Assembly: GCA_016214025.1 (NCBI GenBank) | Contig: JACRPH010000004.1 | Coordinates: 17,370-81,369 of the forward strand | Length of the DNA: 64,000 nt | Source: Candidatus Woesearchaeota archaeon | Lineage (GTDB): Archaea > Nanobdellota > Nanobdellia > Woesearchaeales > GW2011-AR9 | Reading direction: 5' to 3' | Shown: positions 56,046 through 64,000 of the stretch, in pieces | Numbering within the stretch: the first letter of the stretch is position 1 | Layout: each line of letters starts with the position of its first letter | Translations under genes and position numbers: made by a program | The notes under the pieces: model-generated | What the model saw: only the letters and a program-made list of their open reading frames with translations | The model's database searches: none | Told to the model about the DNA's origin: nothing

Positions 56046-56603
56046 TCACGCACTCAAGAACGCTACCGCAAATATGGCTATGGCAAACATTATCATCAAT
56101 CCCAGGACTTTAGGATGGAATAAAGTAGCATAAATGTTGCTTTCAAAACTGGAGGTAGCTACCCCTCCGCTGCCCGTGACATTAGTGGCATTAACTCCTT
56201 GTTGAAATGAGACTTCGGTCAGCGATTGCCCCAGCACTTTGCCGAAGGCAGCGACCATTATTACTAAAGCGATCCCTATCAGCGTCCAATATACTGCTTT
56301 ATCTTTCATCGCCGAAGTTAAATCAGCTTCCTTCGCTCCAAATATCTGGAATACCAGAATCACCAGCACTAAGAAGATAATTACTACTACAAACCATGGT
56401 ATCATAAAGTTAATTACGTCTATTAGTGTTTTGGAGAGCATGGTCATCAACGCAGCGGCTACGGCTATGGTGGCATTAGTTCCAATAGAATCTCCTAAAG
56501 CTTTGGTTTTTTGAAGTAGGGCATAAACTAAAACTAACACAAACAAAAACGGATAAATAGAGCTGAAATAGTTCAATAACCCTACATCAAGGAAAGTTGC
56601 CAT
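56046..56603 (-). CDS. 5-TM membrane protein, paralog 3 of a tandem triplet.
   Basis: Shares the N-terminal motif Y-D-[IF]-[IL]-LPF-[IL]-LVFTIV-[FY]-AV-[LM]-[EQ]-KTK-[IV]-LG with 56634..57236 and 57365..57928. Confidence 0.5.
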   Translation of the reverse strand: MATFLDVGLLNYFSSIYPFLFVLVLVYALLQKTKALGDSIGTNATIAVAAALMTMLSKTLIDVINFMIPWFVVVIIFLVLVILVFQIFGAKEADLTSAMKDKAVYWTLIGIALVIMVAAFGKVLGQSLTEVSFQQGVNATNVTGSGGVATSSFESNIYATLFHPKVLGLMIMFAIAIFAVAFLSA

Positions 56604-56633
56604 TTTTTACTTGCATCCAAAATTCTAACGCAC

Positions 56634-57236
56634 CTATTTACTTCCTCCTCCTCTTTCAAACAGGCTGCTTACGCCTTTCCATAAGCTGCCCATTGCTTTT
56701 TCGCCCGTGCTTTTATCATCTTTAGTGATGAACCATATTATCACTCCGAATATCAATAGTATAATTATCAATTCAGTTACTTCCGGGCTCCACCACGAGA
56801 ACACATCATATGGCCCGTTCCACAACATCAGTGAAGCGCCAAAGATATAAATCACAAATCCTATGGAAATCAGCGCAATTATCGGAGCGGCAGCGGCAGA
56901 AAAGTTTGTTCCAAAGATGCCCATCAACAGCAACAGCATTATAGCCGCAACCGAAACTAAAGAGATGCTGGGCAGGGTTTCATTCATCACTTGTACCGGA
57001 TCATAGCCTAAAGGGTAACTGCCGATGATATGCGGGACGACAAACAATAACCCTAACACTAACGCGATAATTACATTAAACTGTTTGCGGTCTCCTAATA
57101 TTTTAGTCTTCTGCATTACTGCATATACAATGGTAAATACCAGAATGAACGGCAGCAGGAAATCCATGATTCCCCACGTTTGAAAATAATATGCTAAATT
57201 GGAAAAGGTTCCCCCCTGAAATATTCCGCTTACCAT
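56634..57236 (-). CDS. 5-TM membrane protein, paralog 2.
   Basis: Same family. A tandem 14-nt repeat lies in its upstream region. Confidence 0.5.
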   Translation of the reverse strand: MVSGIFQGGTFSNLAYYFQTWGIMDFLLPFILVFTIVYAVMQKTKILGDRKQFNVIIALVLGLLFVVPHIIGSYPLGYDPVQVMNETLPSISLVSVAAIMLLLLMGIFGTNFSAAAAPIIALISIGFVIYIFGASLMLWNGPYDVFSWWSPEVTELIIILLIFGVIIWFITKDDKSTGEKAMGSLWKGVSSLFERGGGSK

Positions 57237-57269
57237 AATTTTACCTCCTTTTTCTTTTTTAATGTAAGT

Positions 57270-57317
57270 TTATATACATACCCTTTTATACATGCCCTTT
57301 TATACATGCCCTTTAGT
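57270..57317. repeat. Tandem TATA-like repeat upstream of the paralog-2 gene.
   Basis: CCCTTTTATACATG occurs about 2.5 times, preceded by the related TTATATACAT. Confidence 0.6.
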
Positions 57318-57364
57318 ATATTAATCTTTGGTTACTCTCTTATTGCTTTACTTCTTTTATTGCT

Positions 57365-57928
57365 TTACTTCTTCTCACTGCTTTCTTTTTTAGGCAATGA
57401 TGAATCTCTGGTTACGTAAATTATGAACCCCAAGAGCACTACTAACATGATAATTCCTGCGGCCCATTCTTCGTTCCAGTACTCAAATACGGCAAATACA
57501 TATTGCAGCCAGTCCATGGCGTTGAGGAAGATTACCGCTAATCCAATAAACATAATTATGGTAAATATTTTGGTCCAAGTAGGAATATCTTTAAACGTAA
57601 ATTCTTTGTCTCCGAAGAACACACCTACCAGCATTAAGAAGCACACCCCTAAGATTAATAATAATACTACATTAGCCATCATCTGGTTGATAACTGAAAC
57701 TAATTGGGTGGAAGCGATAACCAAGAAAGATGTTACAAAAGCAACCATAGCATTAAGATTCTTCTTGGTATAATCTTTGCCATCTATTTTTTCCAGCCCC
57801 AAAACTTTAGTTTTCTCCAGAACCGCAAATACAATGGTGAAGACTAACAGGAATGGCAGTATTATGTCATATACCCCTATCTTATCTAAGAAGGTGATTA
57901 CTCCTCGGAATACGCTTTCTTCTGCCAT
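57365..57928 (-). CDS. 5-TM membrane protein, paralog 1.
   Basis: Same family as the two downstream paralogs. TATATAAATG lies upstream. Confidence 0.5.
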   Translation of the reverse strand: MAEESVFRGVITFLDKIGVYDIILPFLLVFTIVFAVLEKTKVLGLEKIDGKDYTKKNLNAMVAFVTSFLVIASTQLVSVINQMMANVVLLLILGVCFLMLVGVFFGDKEFTFKDIPTWTKIFTIIMFIGLAVIFLNAMDWLQYVFAVFEYWNEEWAAGIIMLVVLLGFIIYVTRDSSLPKKESSEKK

Positions 57929-58167
57929 TAATTCATCCTCTTTTTATTAAGTAGGACTAAAAAACAGGAGTATATAAATGTTTCTTCAGGGTTTGGGAAG
58001 TTTTTCAATTGGGAGAACGTTTTTCCCCGGCTCTTTCCAGACACAGTTTCACATGATAATCTTAAAAACGAAGACTTTAAATAGTAGTGGGAATTATCTT
58101 TTTTATTGCTGGTTGCAAGTTATTATTAACTGTTACAAGTCGTATTTAAAACAAGAGGTGGAAAAAA

Positions 58168-59598
58168 GTGAGGGCGGCATCATTTGCGTTTGGATTATCC
58201 TTAGCGTTGATTATCCTGTTATCTTCGGTGTGGGCAGATACAGTGGTAGCGTCTGCTGCAGTGGTTGATCATATTACAATTATTGATAAAGCCTATTTCA
58301 CTTTAAATGTAACTAATACGGATATTATCGAACACCAATATATCATTTCTTCTTCAGACTTGGCGTGGGCAATAGAACCTAAAGATAAAGTTAAGAAAAT
58401 TACCCTAATGCCAGGAGAGTCATATCTTACTGAGTTAGAGGTATATCCAGTAAAAGAATTGTCTCCGGGAATTTATCTAGTGCCAGTATATATCGGCGGG
58501 GATGCCAATGAGGAAGTACAGTTGAAAGTTTACTTGGGTTCGCTTACCCAACCAGGATATGCCCCCACAGTTAAAGTTACCGTGGATATGCCAGCTAAAG
58601 TTGATCCTAGCGCCTCGGTTTCTATAAAAATATTGTTACAGAACCTTAATGCATTGAATCTTACCGGAGTAAAAGTTAAGTTAAGCAGCGAAGAGCTGCC
58701 TGAGTTTGCCCAATCTGCCGTGGTAGATATTCCTTCTCTGGGAACTAAAGAAGTGGAATTCTCAATTACGCCTAATCCGCATCAGCAGCCGAAAGAGTAT
58801 ACGCTTAAAGTTGCGCTGGAGCGCTTTGGAGAGGATTTTAAAGTGGTGGAACAGGATATAGAAGTAGTTACACTGTTGCCGCCTTTTTCGGTTTCGAAAG
58901 TAGAGGAGAAATGGTCTTATCTGAAATTGTTTCAGGTGTTTGAAGTTAAGAATGGCGGGAATGTGTTAAACCAGCAAGAAGTTAGGGTGCCGGTTTCTTG
59001 GCTGCAGGCTTGGCTTGAGACTGGAAATGCTGAAGTTAAAACAGAGCAAGGGCAGAGATTTTTTACGTGGGGAGTTACTTTAGGGCCAAATAGCAGTACT
59101 GCAGTTTATTCTGCGATTGATTATCGTATTATTGTTTATATCGTGATAGTGTTAGCATTGTTGATTTGGTTTTATATATATACTAGTTGTCCGTTAGCGG
59201 TTAAAAAGCATGCTATTGTTACCAAGAAAGATGATGAAGGGGCGTTGTCTGAGATTAAAATTACGATTGAGGTCAAGAATAAGTCGGGTAAGCAAGTTAA
59301 AGATGTGACAGTAGTTGATATTGTTCCAGCGTATGCCGTTTATCATAAGGGCGGGGTGGAAGCAGAAGAGATGGATGCTTCAGTCCGGCCGCAAAGAGTG
59401 ACTCATGGTAAAGAAGGCGCGCAGGTGATTTGGTCCTTATCAGATTTAGATGCTAAAGAGCAGAGAGTGATGAGTTATCACCTGAAAGCTAAACTGAATA
59501 TTTTGGGGGCAATCAGCTTGCCGAGAGCTACTGCTGAGTATATGAAGAAAGGCGGAAAGAAGAGGAAAGCATATTCCAATATATTTAAGCTGGAGTAA
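58168..59598 (+). CDS. Large single-pass surface protein: signal peptide, ~300-aa beta-rich ectodomain, TM, ~140-aa cytoplasmic tail.
   Basis: N-terminal LSLALIILLSSVWA. Internal TM IIVYIVIVLALLIWFYIY. Basic tail KKGGKKRK. Confidence 0.45.
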   Translation: MRAASFAFGLSLALIILLSSVWADTVVASAAVVDHITIIDKAYFTLNVTNTDIIEHQYIISSSDLAWAIEPKDKVKKITLMPGESYLTELEVYPVKELSPGIYLVPVYIGGDANEEVQLKVYLGSLTQPGYAPTVKVTVDMPAKVDPSASVSIKILLQNLNALNLTGVKVKLSSEELPEFAQSAVVDIPSLGTKEVEFSITPNPHQQPKEYTLKVALERFGEDFKVVEQDIEVVTLLPPFSVSKVEEKWSYLKLFQVFEVKNGGNVLNQQEVRVPVSWLQAWLETGNAEVKTEQGQRFFTWGVTLGPNSSTAVYSAIDYRIIVYIVIVLALLIWFYIYTSCPLAVKKHAIVTKKDDEGALSEIKITIEVKNKSGKQVKDVTVVDIVPAYAVYHKGGVEAEEMDASVRPQRVTHGKEGAQVIWSLSDLDAKEQRVMSYHLKAKLNILGAISLPRATAEYMKKGGKKRKAYSNIFKLE

Positions 59599-59715
59599 AT
59601 ATCCTAACACTGCTCGACTAACTATACTTTCCAGAATGAAAACCTTTATATAGAAGCGCTGGTGTTGACGTTTACATAAAAATAACTATTAAAACATAAA
59701 GAGGGAGAGTGAAAC

Positions 59716-60105
59716 ATGAAAGACTTTTTTTTACAATTAAAGGAAGCCTTTGCGGGATCTTCTGGTGCGCCGGGAGTTGATTCTGAAGCTTATCCCGAAG
59801 TGGGTTCAGCAGCTAAAGAGGATCGCAGCAAGGTTACAGTGCGTCCATTCGTGATGGAAGAGTTTGAAGATATTAAAGAGATCTTGGACGTATTGAGAGA
59901 AGGATCTACCGTGGCCTTGATCAACATCAAGCCGTTGAAGGACAAAGATATTGTAGAGCTGAAGAGAGCTATTTCCAAGCTGAGAAAAACCACTGAAGCT
60001 ATTGACGGGGATATTGCCGGATTTGGCGAGGATTATGTTGTAGCTACCCCGCAATTTGCCCGGATTCACCGCCAGAGGCAGGTGGAGATGAGCGAAGTAG
60101 AATAA
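59716..60105 (+). CDS. sepF: Cell division protein SepF homolog.
   Basis: VRPFVMEEFEDIKEILDVLREGSTVALINIKPLKDKDIVELKRAISKLRKTTEAIDGDIAGFGEDYVVATP matches the SepF domain. Confidence 0.7.
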   Translation: MKDFFLQLKEAFAGSSGAPGVDSEAYPEVGSAAKEDRSKVTVRPFVMEEFEDIKEILDVLREGSTVALINIKPLKDKDIVELKRAISKLRKTTEAIDGDIAGFGEDYVVATPQFARIHRQRQVEMSEVE

Positions 60106-60222
60106 AGTTTTATTTTTATTAATTGTTGATTTCTGAGGTTGTTTTTGGTTCCGTTCTTAACTGTTAATTGGGGTTGTCGTCGGAAGCACAAACTTTTATA
60201 AATAAACCACGATTTATATCAC

Positions 60223-61461
60223 TCACGCCACGGTCGCATAACCTGGTATTGCGCGGATTCGTTGGAGTTGTATATTCTCAACGGAGCGGAAGATTGCTAA
60301 GGGCTGTTCGTCCTTACGATATGCCTCAATACCACACAAATATCCCGTCCCTTTGGGATTTTGTATTCCGGTATACAACTCATACATCTTTCGGGAAACC
60401 GGGCCGATTCCGCCATTACCAACTACAACTTCAGGCAATACTTCTTCCAGTGGGCTGCTTTTCTTTCCATTGAAGTCCAATAAATATCTCTCCACGGGTG
60501 AAACTACCGCTGCCGTTCCCAATCCTCCGCATTCAGTTATTCTTTTAGAATACAAGCCAATGAGGAAATTAATTACGGAAATCTTCTCCTGCCGTACCGG
60601 ATGCCCTAATTCCTCTGCTAATTCCAGAAACGAGCAGGCCGTAATCGATTTTAAAATAGTATCATTAAATTCAGGAATAATAATCTCTTCTTCTGTGGTT
60701 ACCTGATAATGATTCATAGCACCGTACTCGGTCAGATATTTATTATGAACATCCAAATATAATACTTGCTGCGCTCCCAACATCTCCGCTATACTTCCGG
60801 GGAGGATAGAATTAGAATAATTCCCAATAATTTTGCCATCTCCAGCACTGTTAGGAGCAACCCGTTTGTATCTGTCACTAAGCAGCATGGCTCCAGAATT
60901 AAAGCCTTGGGGGAAATACGGTCCGCTGGGAGATAGAAAAACGACATAAAGGCAATGTTCTCCTGCATGAACCCCTAATTTATCATCTACGGCTATGGTT
61001 AAAGGACGAATATACATTGATGCCCCTTCCTGCTGCGGCACCCATTTTCTATCCACATCCAGCAAAGCTTCAATAGATTGTATTTGGTCTTCTACTGGAA
61101 TCGAGGGAAGTTTAATTTTTCCGGAAGAATAGTTATGTCTATGTGCATTCTGGTCAATTCTGAACGTGCGTATCTCTCCATCTTCATGCAAAAAAGCTTT
61201 AGCCCCTTCAAACGACCCCAAGCCGTAATTAATAACCAAGCTTCCTGGAAGGAGGTGAGTTTTTTCTCCATCAATGATTATCTCAATTGGGCCGTACGGA
61301 AGAATTCGAGGAGAACGCCATTCACCATCTAAGTATTCCATTGAAAGCATATGCTCAGAACGCAGCTTCCCAAACGGCAGCTTCCCTTCCGGCTTAAACT
61401 GCTCCTTCCGCTTATCCGGTTTAAGAGAATATTGGATATGTAACATATTTAAATCTAACAT
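60223..61461 (-). CDS. ilvE: Branched-chain amino acid aminotransferase (class IV PLP enzyme).
   Basis: YGLGSFEGAKAF...ASMYIRP...EYGAMNHY match BCAT-type motifs. Confidence 0.7.
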   Translation of the reverse strand: MLDLNMLHIQYSLKPDKRKEQFKPEGKLPFGKLRSEHMLSMEYLDGEWRSPRILPYGPIEIIIDGEKTHLLPGSLVINYGLGSFEGAKAFLHEDGEIRTFRIDQNAHRHNYSSGKIKLPSIPVEDQIQSIEALLDVDRKWVPQQEGASMYIRPLTIAVDDKLGVHAGEHCLYVVFLSPSGPYFPQGFNSGAMLLSDRYKRVAPNSAGDGKIIGNYSNSILPGSIAEMLGAQQVLYLDVHNKYLTEYGAMNHYQVTTEEEIIIPEFNDTILKSITACSFLELAEELGHPVRQEKISVINFLIGLYSKRITECGGLGTAAVVSPVERYLLDFNGKKSSPLEEVLPEVVVGNGGIGPVSRKMYELYTGIQNPKGTGYLCGIEAYRKDEQPLAIFRSVENIQLQRIRAIPGYATVA

Positions 61462-61515
61462 TAAACCCTTTAAATAAAGATTGCGATACTGAAAGATAGC
61501 TATTGGAGCACTGCT

Positions 61516-61926
61516 TCACAACCCATAAAACACCAGCACCGCTATCACAAATCCCAGTACAGAACCAACCGTAACCTGCAGCGGAGTATGCCCCATAGAA
61601 AAATGCGTCTTGTCTTTAAGCTTTAATTTTTGGATCATCTCATTAATTACCACTCCTTCTTCTCCTACCGTTCTTCGTACACCAAATGCATCTCTAACGA
61701 CAATAAACGCCAACACTAAACTGATTGCAAAGGCAGTAGAAGTTCCTTCTTCCAGATAAATGATAGTAGCTAAAGAAACCACAAATGCTGAATGAGAACT
61801 GGGCATCCCTCCGGTTACGACTAAATCATGCCAGCTTAATGATTTGTGCCTGAACCACAACCCAACTAATTTAATCAACTGGGCGCCGAATCCGGCTAAG
61901 AGCAGAGTCAGTATTATTTTATTCAT
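61516..61926 (-). CDS. Divergent PAP2-family membrane protein (COG1963).
   Basis: GGMPSSHSAF...GHTPLQV are PAP2-like motifs. Confidence 0.65.
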   Translation of the reverse strand: MNKIILTLLLAGFGAQLIKLVGLWFRHKSLSWHDLVVTGGMPSSHSAFVVSLATIIYLEEGTSTAFAISLVLAFIVVRDAFGVRRTVGEEGVVINEMIQKLKLKDKTHFSMGHTPLQVTVGSVLGFVIAVLVFYGL

Positions 61927-62037
61927 GTTCTGGAGGTAATATTTGGGGGTTTATATATGTTGCTGAGATGCAAACTGCAGCCCAACAATAAGATATATAA
62001 ACCTTTAAGCTATTCCTACCCCATAAAAGAGGAAAAG

Positions 62038-63627
62038 ATGAAGAATAAGCTAGTTTTGTGGCTATTGGTGGTAGTTCTAGTTATATCTACATTCGTTATC
62101 GCTCAAGAACCCTTTCCTTGTGGAACAGATGAAGATTGCATATATAACGTTGACAATGAATCTTATTGCGACCCCACCAGCCTTTTATGTGTTCCTCCCC
62201 CGCCTGAAATTCCTCCTGAAGAGTCGCTTTATGCGCCTCCTGCTCCAGCTATAGAAACCAGCGCCATTACTTCTTTACAGCTTCAAATTGACACCCTGCA
62301 GATTAGCCTAGATGAACTATCGTCACAAATAAATCTTTTAGGGTCCGATACTAATTACAAATTAGCCGATATCGAAGCAAAATTACAGTCCCTCTCCGAT
62401 AAATTAAATGCTCTCAAATCCAAAGATATACCTACATTTAACACCGGCTTAGCTATGTTGCAGCAAGATGTAAACGAGACCAGTGCCGAACTCAGCTCGG
62501 TGCAGGAAGAACTGGACCGAAAAGGATTCGTGTTATATTCATTTCTGGTGGTAGTGTTGTTAATGGTATTAGGTGGAGTGGTATATTATTTGTGGTATAA
62601 AACTGGTGAAAGTAAAGAGGTTGCCCTTCCTCGAAGCTCCTACGCTTACATTACTAAAATGATAAAGCAGGGAAAGAAATTTCCGCATATTAAAACTGAA
62701 TTAATTAAAGCCGGCTGGTCAGATGAAGAGATAGAACAAGCCTACAAAGAGACTACCAAACATAACTACCAGCGTTTCTTGCAGAGGAGCCAGCCAGGAA
62801 CGGCAGCTAAAATATCCGCTTCTCCCAGCTCTTTTTCGCACCCTAAAACTTCTTCATTCAACCCGCAGATAAAAGCGGTCGCCATAGCGGTAGTTTGCTT
62901 AATCCTGCTCGGCGGAGGAATCTTATTGTTAGGGAACACCGTTGGAAAAGCTATTTACTTTCAGAAACTTATCGGAGGCTCAACCACTAAGACTGCAGGA
63001 GAGATAACTTATACTGTAGAATGCACCCCGCCGCATAGATTAAATCCAGAACAGAATGGCTGCTGCTTGGATGTCAACAATAATGCCCAATGTGATAACT
63101 TGGAAAACCTCCCTGCACCCAATATCACCGGTCCAACTGCCGGGACTAAGTGCTTGGATCATCAGCAATGCGGAGCTGACAAATGTATAAACAACCTTTG
63201 CACACCGCCGACATATTATACCAAATCATTAGGTTCCTGCTCTAAAGTATGCAACTATTACAGCGTGGAAGTCATAACCAGCGATGGAGAGAGATATAAT
63301 TTACGCCCGGGAGAAGGAAGTTATACTGCAGCTGGAGCGTTAGATTGGACCATAATGAAAGCACCTAATCATTGCATTGAAGAATCAGTAGTTGTTCCCA
63401 TTGAAATTTCCCGAAAGAAAACCGGCGGGAAGATCATCAATACTGAACTCATAACTTTAGGAAAAGGAGAAACCAGTGCTACTTTAAAACACGCTTTCGT
63501 TCCTAAGCTGGGGTTTACGCTTAAAGTGAATTGGGTGTCTGAATTATGCGCTCCCAACGAAGCTGAGTTGAAAGCATCGATGATAAAACAAGGCTTGGCG
63601 GAAGCGAAGCTGAAGGCGAAAGGATGA
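62038..63627 (+). CDS. Secreted Cys-rich protein with coiled-coil and TM segments.
   Basis: Signal peptide LVLWLLVVVLVISTFVIA. Cys-rich stretches and two hydrophobic segments are present. Confidence 0.45.
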   Translation: MKNKLVLWLLVVVLVISTFVIAQEPFPCGTDEDCIYNVDNESYCDPTSLLCVPPPPEIPPEESLYAPPAPAIETSAITSLQLQIDTLQISLDELSSQINLLGSDTNYKLADIEAKLQSLSDKLNALKSKDIPTFNTGLAMLQQDVNETSAELSSVQEELDRKGFVLYSFLVVVLLMVLGGVVYYLWYKTGESKEVALPRSSYAYITKMIKQGKKFPHIKTELIKAGWSDEEIEQAYKETTKHNYQRFLQRSQPGTAAKISASPSSFSHPKTSSFNPQIKAVAIAVVCLILLGGGILLLGNTVGKAIYFQKLIGGSTTKTAGEITYTVECTPPHRLNPEQNGCCLDVNNNAQCDNLENLPAPNITGPTAGTKCLDHQQCGADKCINNLCTPPTYYTKSLGSCSKVCNYYSVEVITSDGERYNLRPGEGSYTAAGALDWTIMKAPNHCIEESVVVPIEISRKKTGGKIINTELITLGKGETSATLKHAFVPKLGFTLKVNWVSELCAPNEAELKASMIKQGLAEAKLKAKG

Positions 63628-63639
63628 GTAAAAGTTACT

Positions 63640-63760
63640 TTATAGTAAACTGCGTAACTTGCAGCACGTTTCCTTGTCCTGTACTTAAGCACTTGTCGGC
63701 GCAGTTTACTATTAGATAACTGCGTACTAATGTGATATAACTTACGCAGTTATCTATAAT
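63640..63760. repeat. Cluster of two palindromic elements at a convergent gene junction.
   Basis: TATAGTAAACTGCG at 63645-58 pairs with CGCAGTTTACTAT at 63700-12. AGATAACTGCGTA pairs with TACGCAGTTATCT at ~63718-60. The arms are related to the palindrome at 51918. Confidence 0.6.
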
Positions 63761-63784
63761 TCGGGCATACCAAATGAATTTGTT

Positions 63785-64000
63785 TTAATAATCAATCCCT
63801 AACAGGTTGAATAACGAAGAAGAATCATCATTTATAGTTTCGCCCACTGCTTCTTTAATTGATCTTTCTCCAACAGAATAATTTATAAGCCAAAATGTTC
63901 TTTCTAGGGGAATGGACACTGCTTTACTAATTATCCTAATAGTTATCGGTAATTTATCGCTGTACTGGCTGCTATGGGGAAAGAAGCAGTTTGAAGAGAA
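63785..64000 (-). CDS. Hypothetical protein. C-terminal part only; the gene runs off the window end.
   Basis: Minus-strand frame is open for ~70 codons and ends ...SVGERSIKEAVGETINDDSSSLFNLLGIDY at the stop at 63785-87. Confidence 0.3.
   Translation of the reverse strand, partial: FSSNCFFPHSSQYSDKLPITIRIISKAVSIPLERTFWLINYSVGERSIKEAVGETINDDSSSLFNLLGIDY

Noticed and set aside
1-64000. CRISPR arrays, rRNA and tRNA genes
   Set aside because: No regularly spaced direct repeats were seen. The only tandem repeats are the 11-nt x4 and 14-nt x2.5 tracts. No tRNA-like T-arm (GTTCRAATC) or conserved rRNA segments were spotted by eye. A covariance-model scan (tRNAscan-SE or Infernal) would be needed to exclude intron-containing tRNAs.

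Overview
This is a low-GC (about 40%) archaeal chromosomal segment. The gene content is eukaryote-like and archaeal: family B DNA polymerase, archaeal-type LeuRS and SerRS, Taw1, GINS, Mre11, Nre, SepF, prefoldin and many TrmB regulators. Housekeeping genes identified are prefoldin beta, PRPP synthetase, PolB, LeuRS, MutS, SerRS, Mre11, GINS, Cmk, Tgt, a BCAT, and the AMMECR1/Memo/radical-SAM trio. These are interspersed with accessory material. There are several toxin-antitoxin modules: a RelE remnant fused to the taw1 3' end, an orphan UPF0175 antitoxin, an RHH-like/RelE-like pair, and an AbrB antitoxin with a frameshifted PIN toxin. There are two AbiE-like nucleotidyltransferase/regulator pairs and five TrmB-family paralogs. 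There is a family of palindromic repeat elements located at convergent gene ends. Three loci seem most worth follow-up. The first is a 1.45-kb two-gene cassette, a GHKL-type ATPase plus a small STAS-like protein, that is bounded by ~70-bp direct repeats made from a duplicated 3' end of the neighbouring Memo-like gene; it sits next to a Schlafen/AlbA_2-type regulator. The second is a FlaI/VirB11-family secretion ATPase with a long N-terminal extension, clustered with coiled-coil proteins, three tandem paralogous 5-TM proteins and a large single-pass surface protein; no FlaJ/TadC platform or pilins are visible. The third is a TM-less protein carrying two PilC/GspF-type (T2SF) repeats. Other oddities are an argG with a clean in-frame internal deletion, two paralogous 8-Cys mini-proteins, tandem HIT-like proteins with degenerate His triads, and an island of four uncharacterised genes with bacterial-style SD sites and an orphan receiver domain. 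I found no rRNA, tRNA or CRISPR array by eye.
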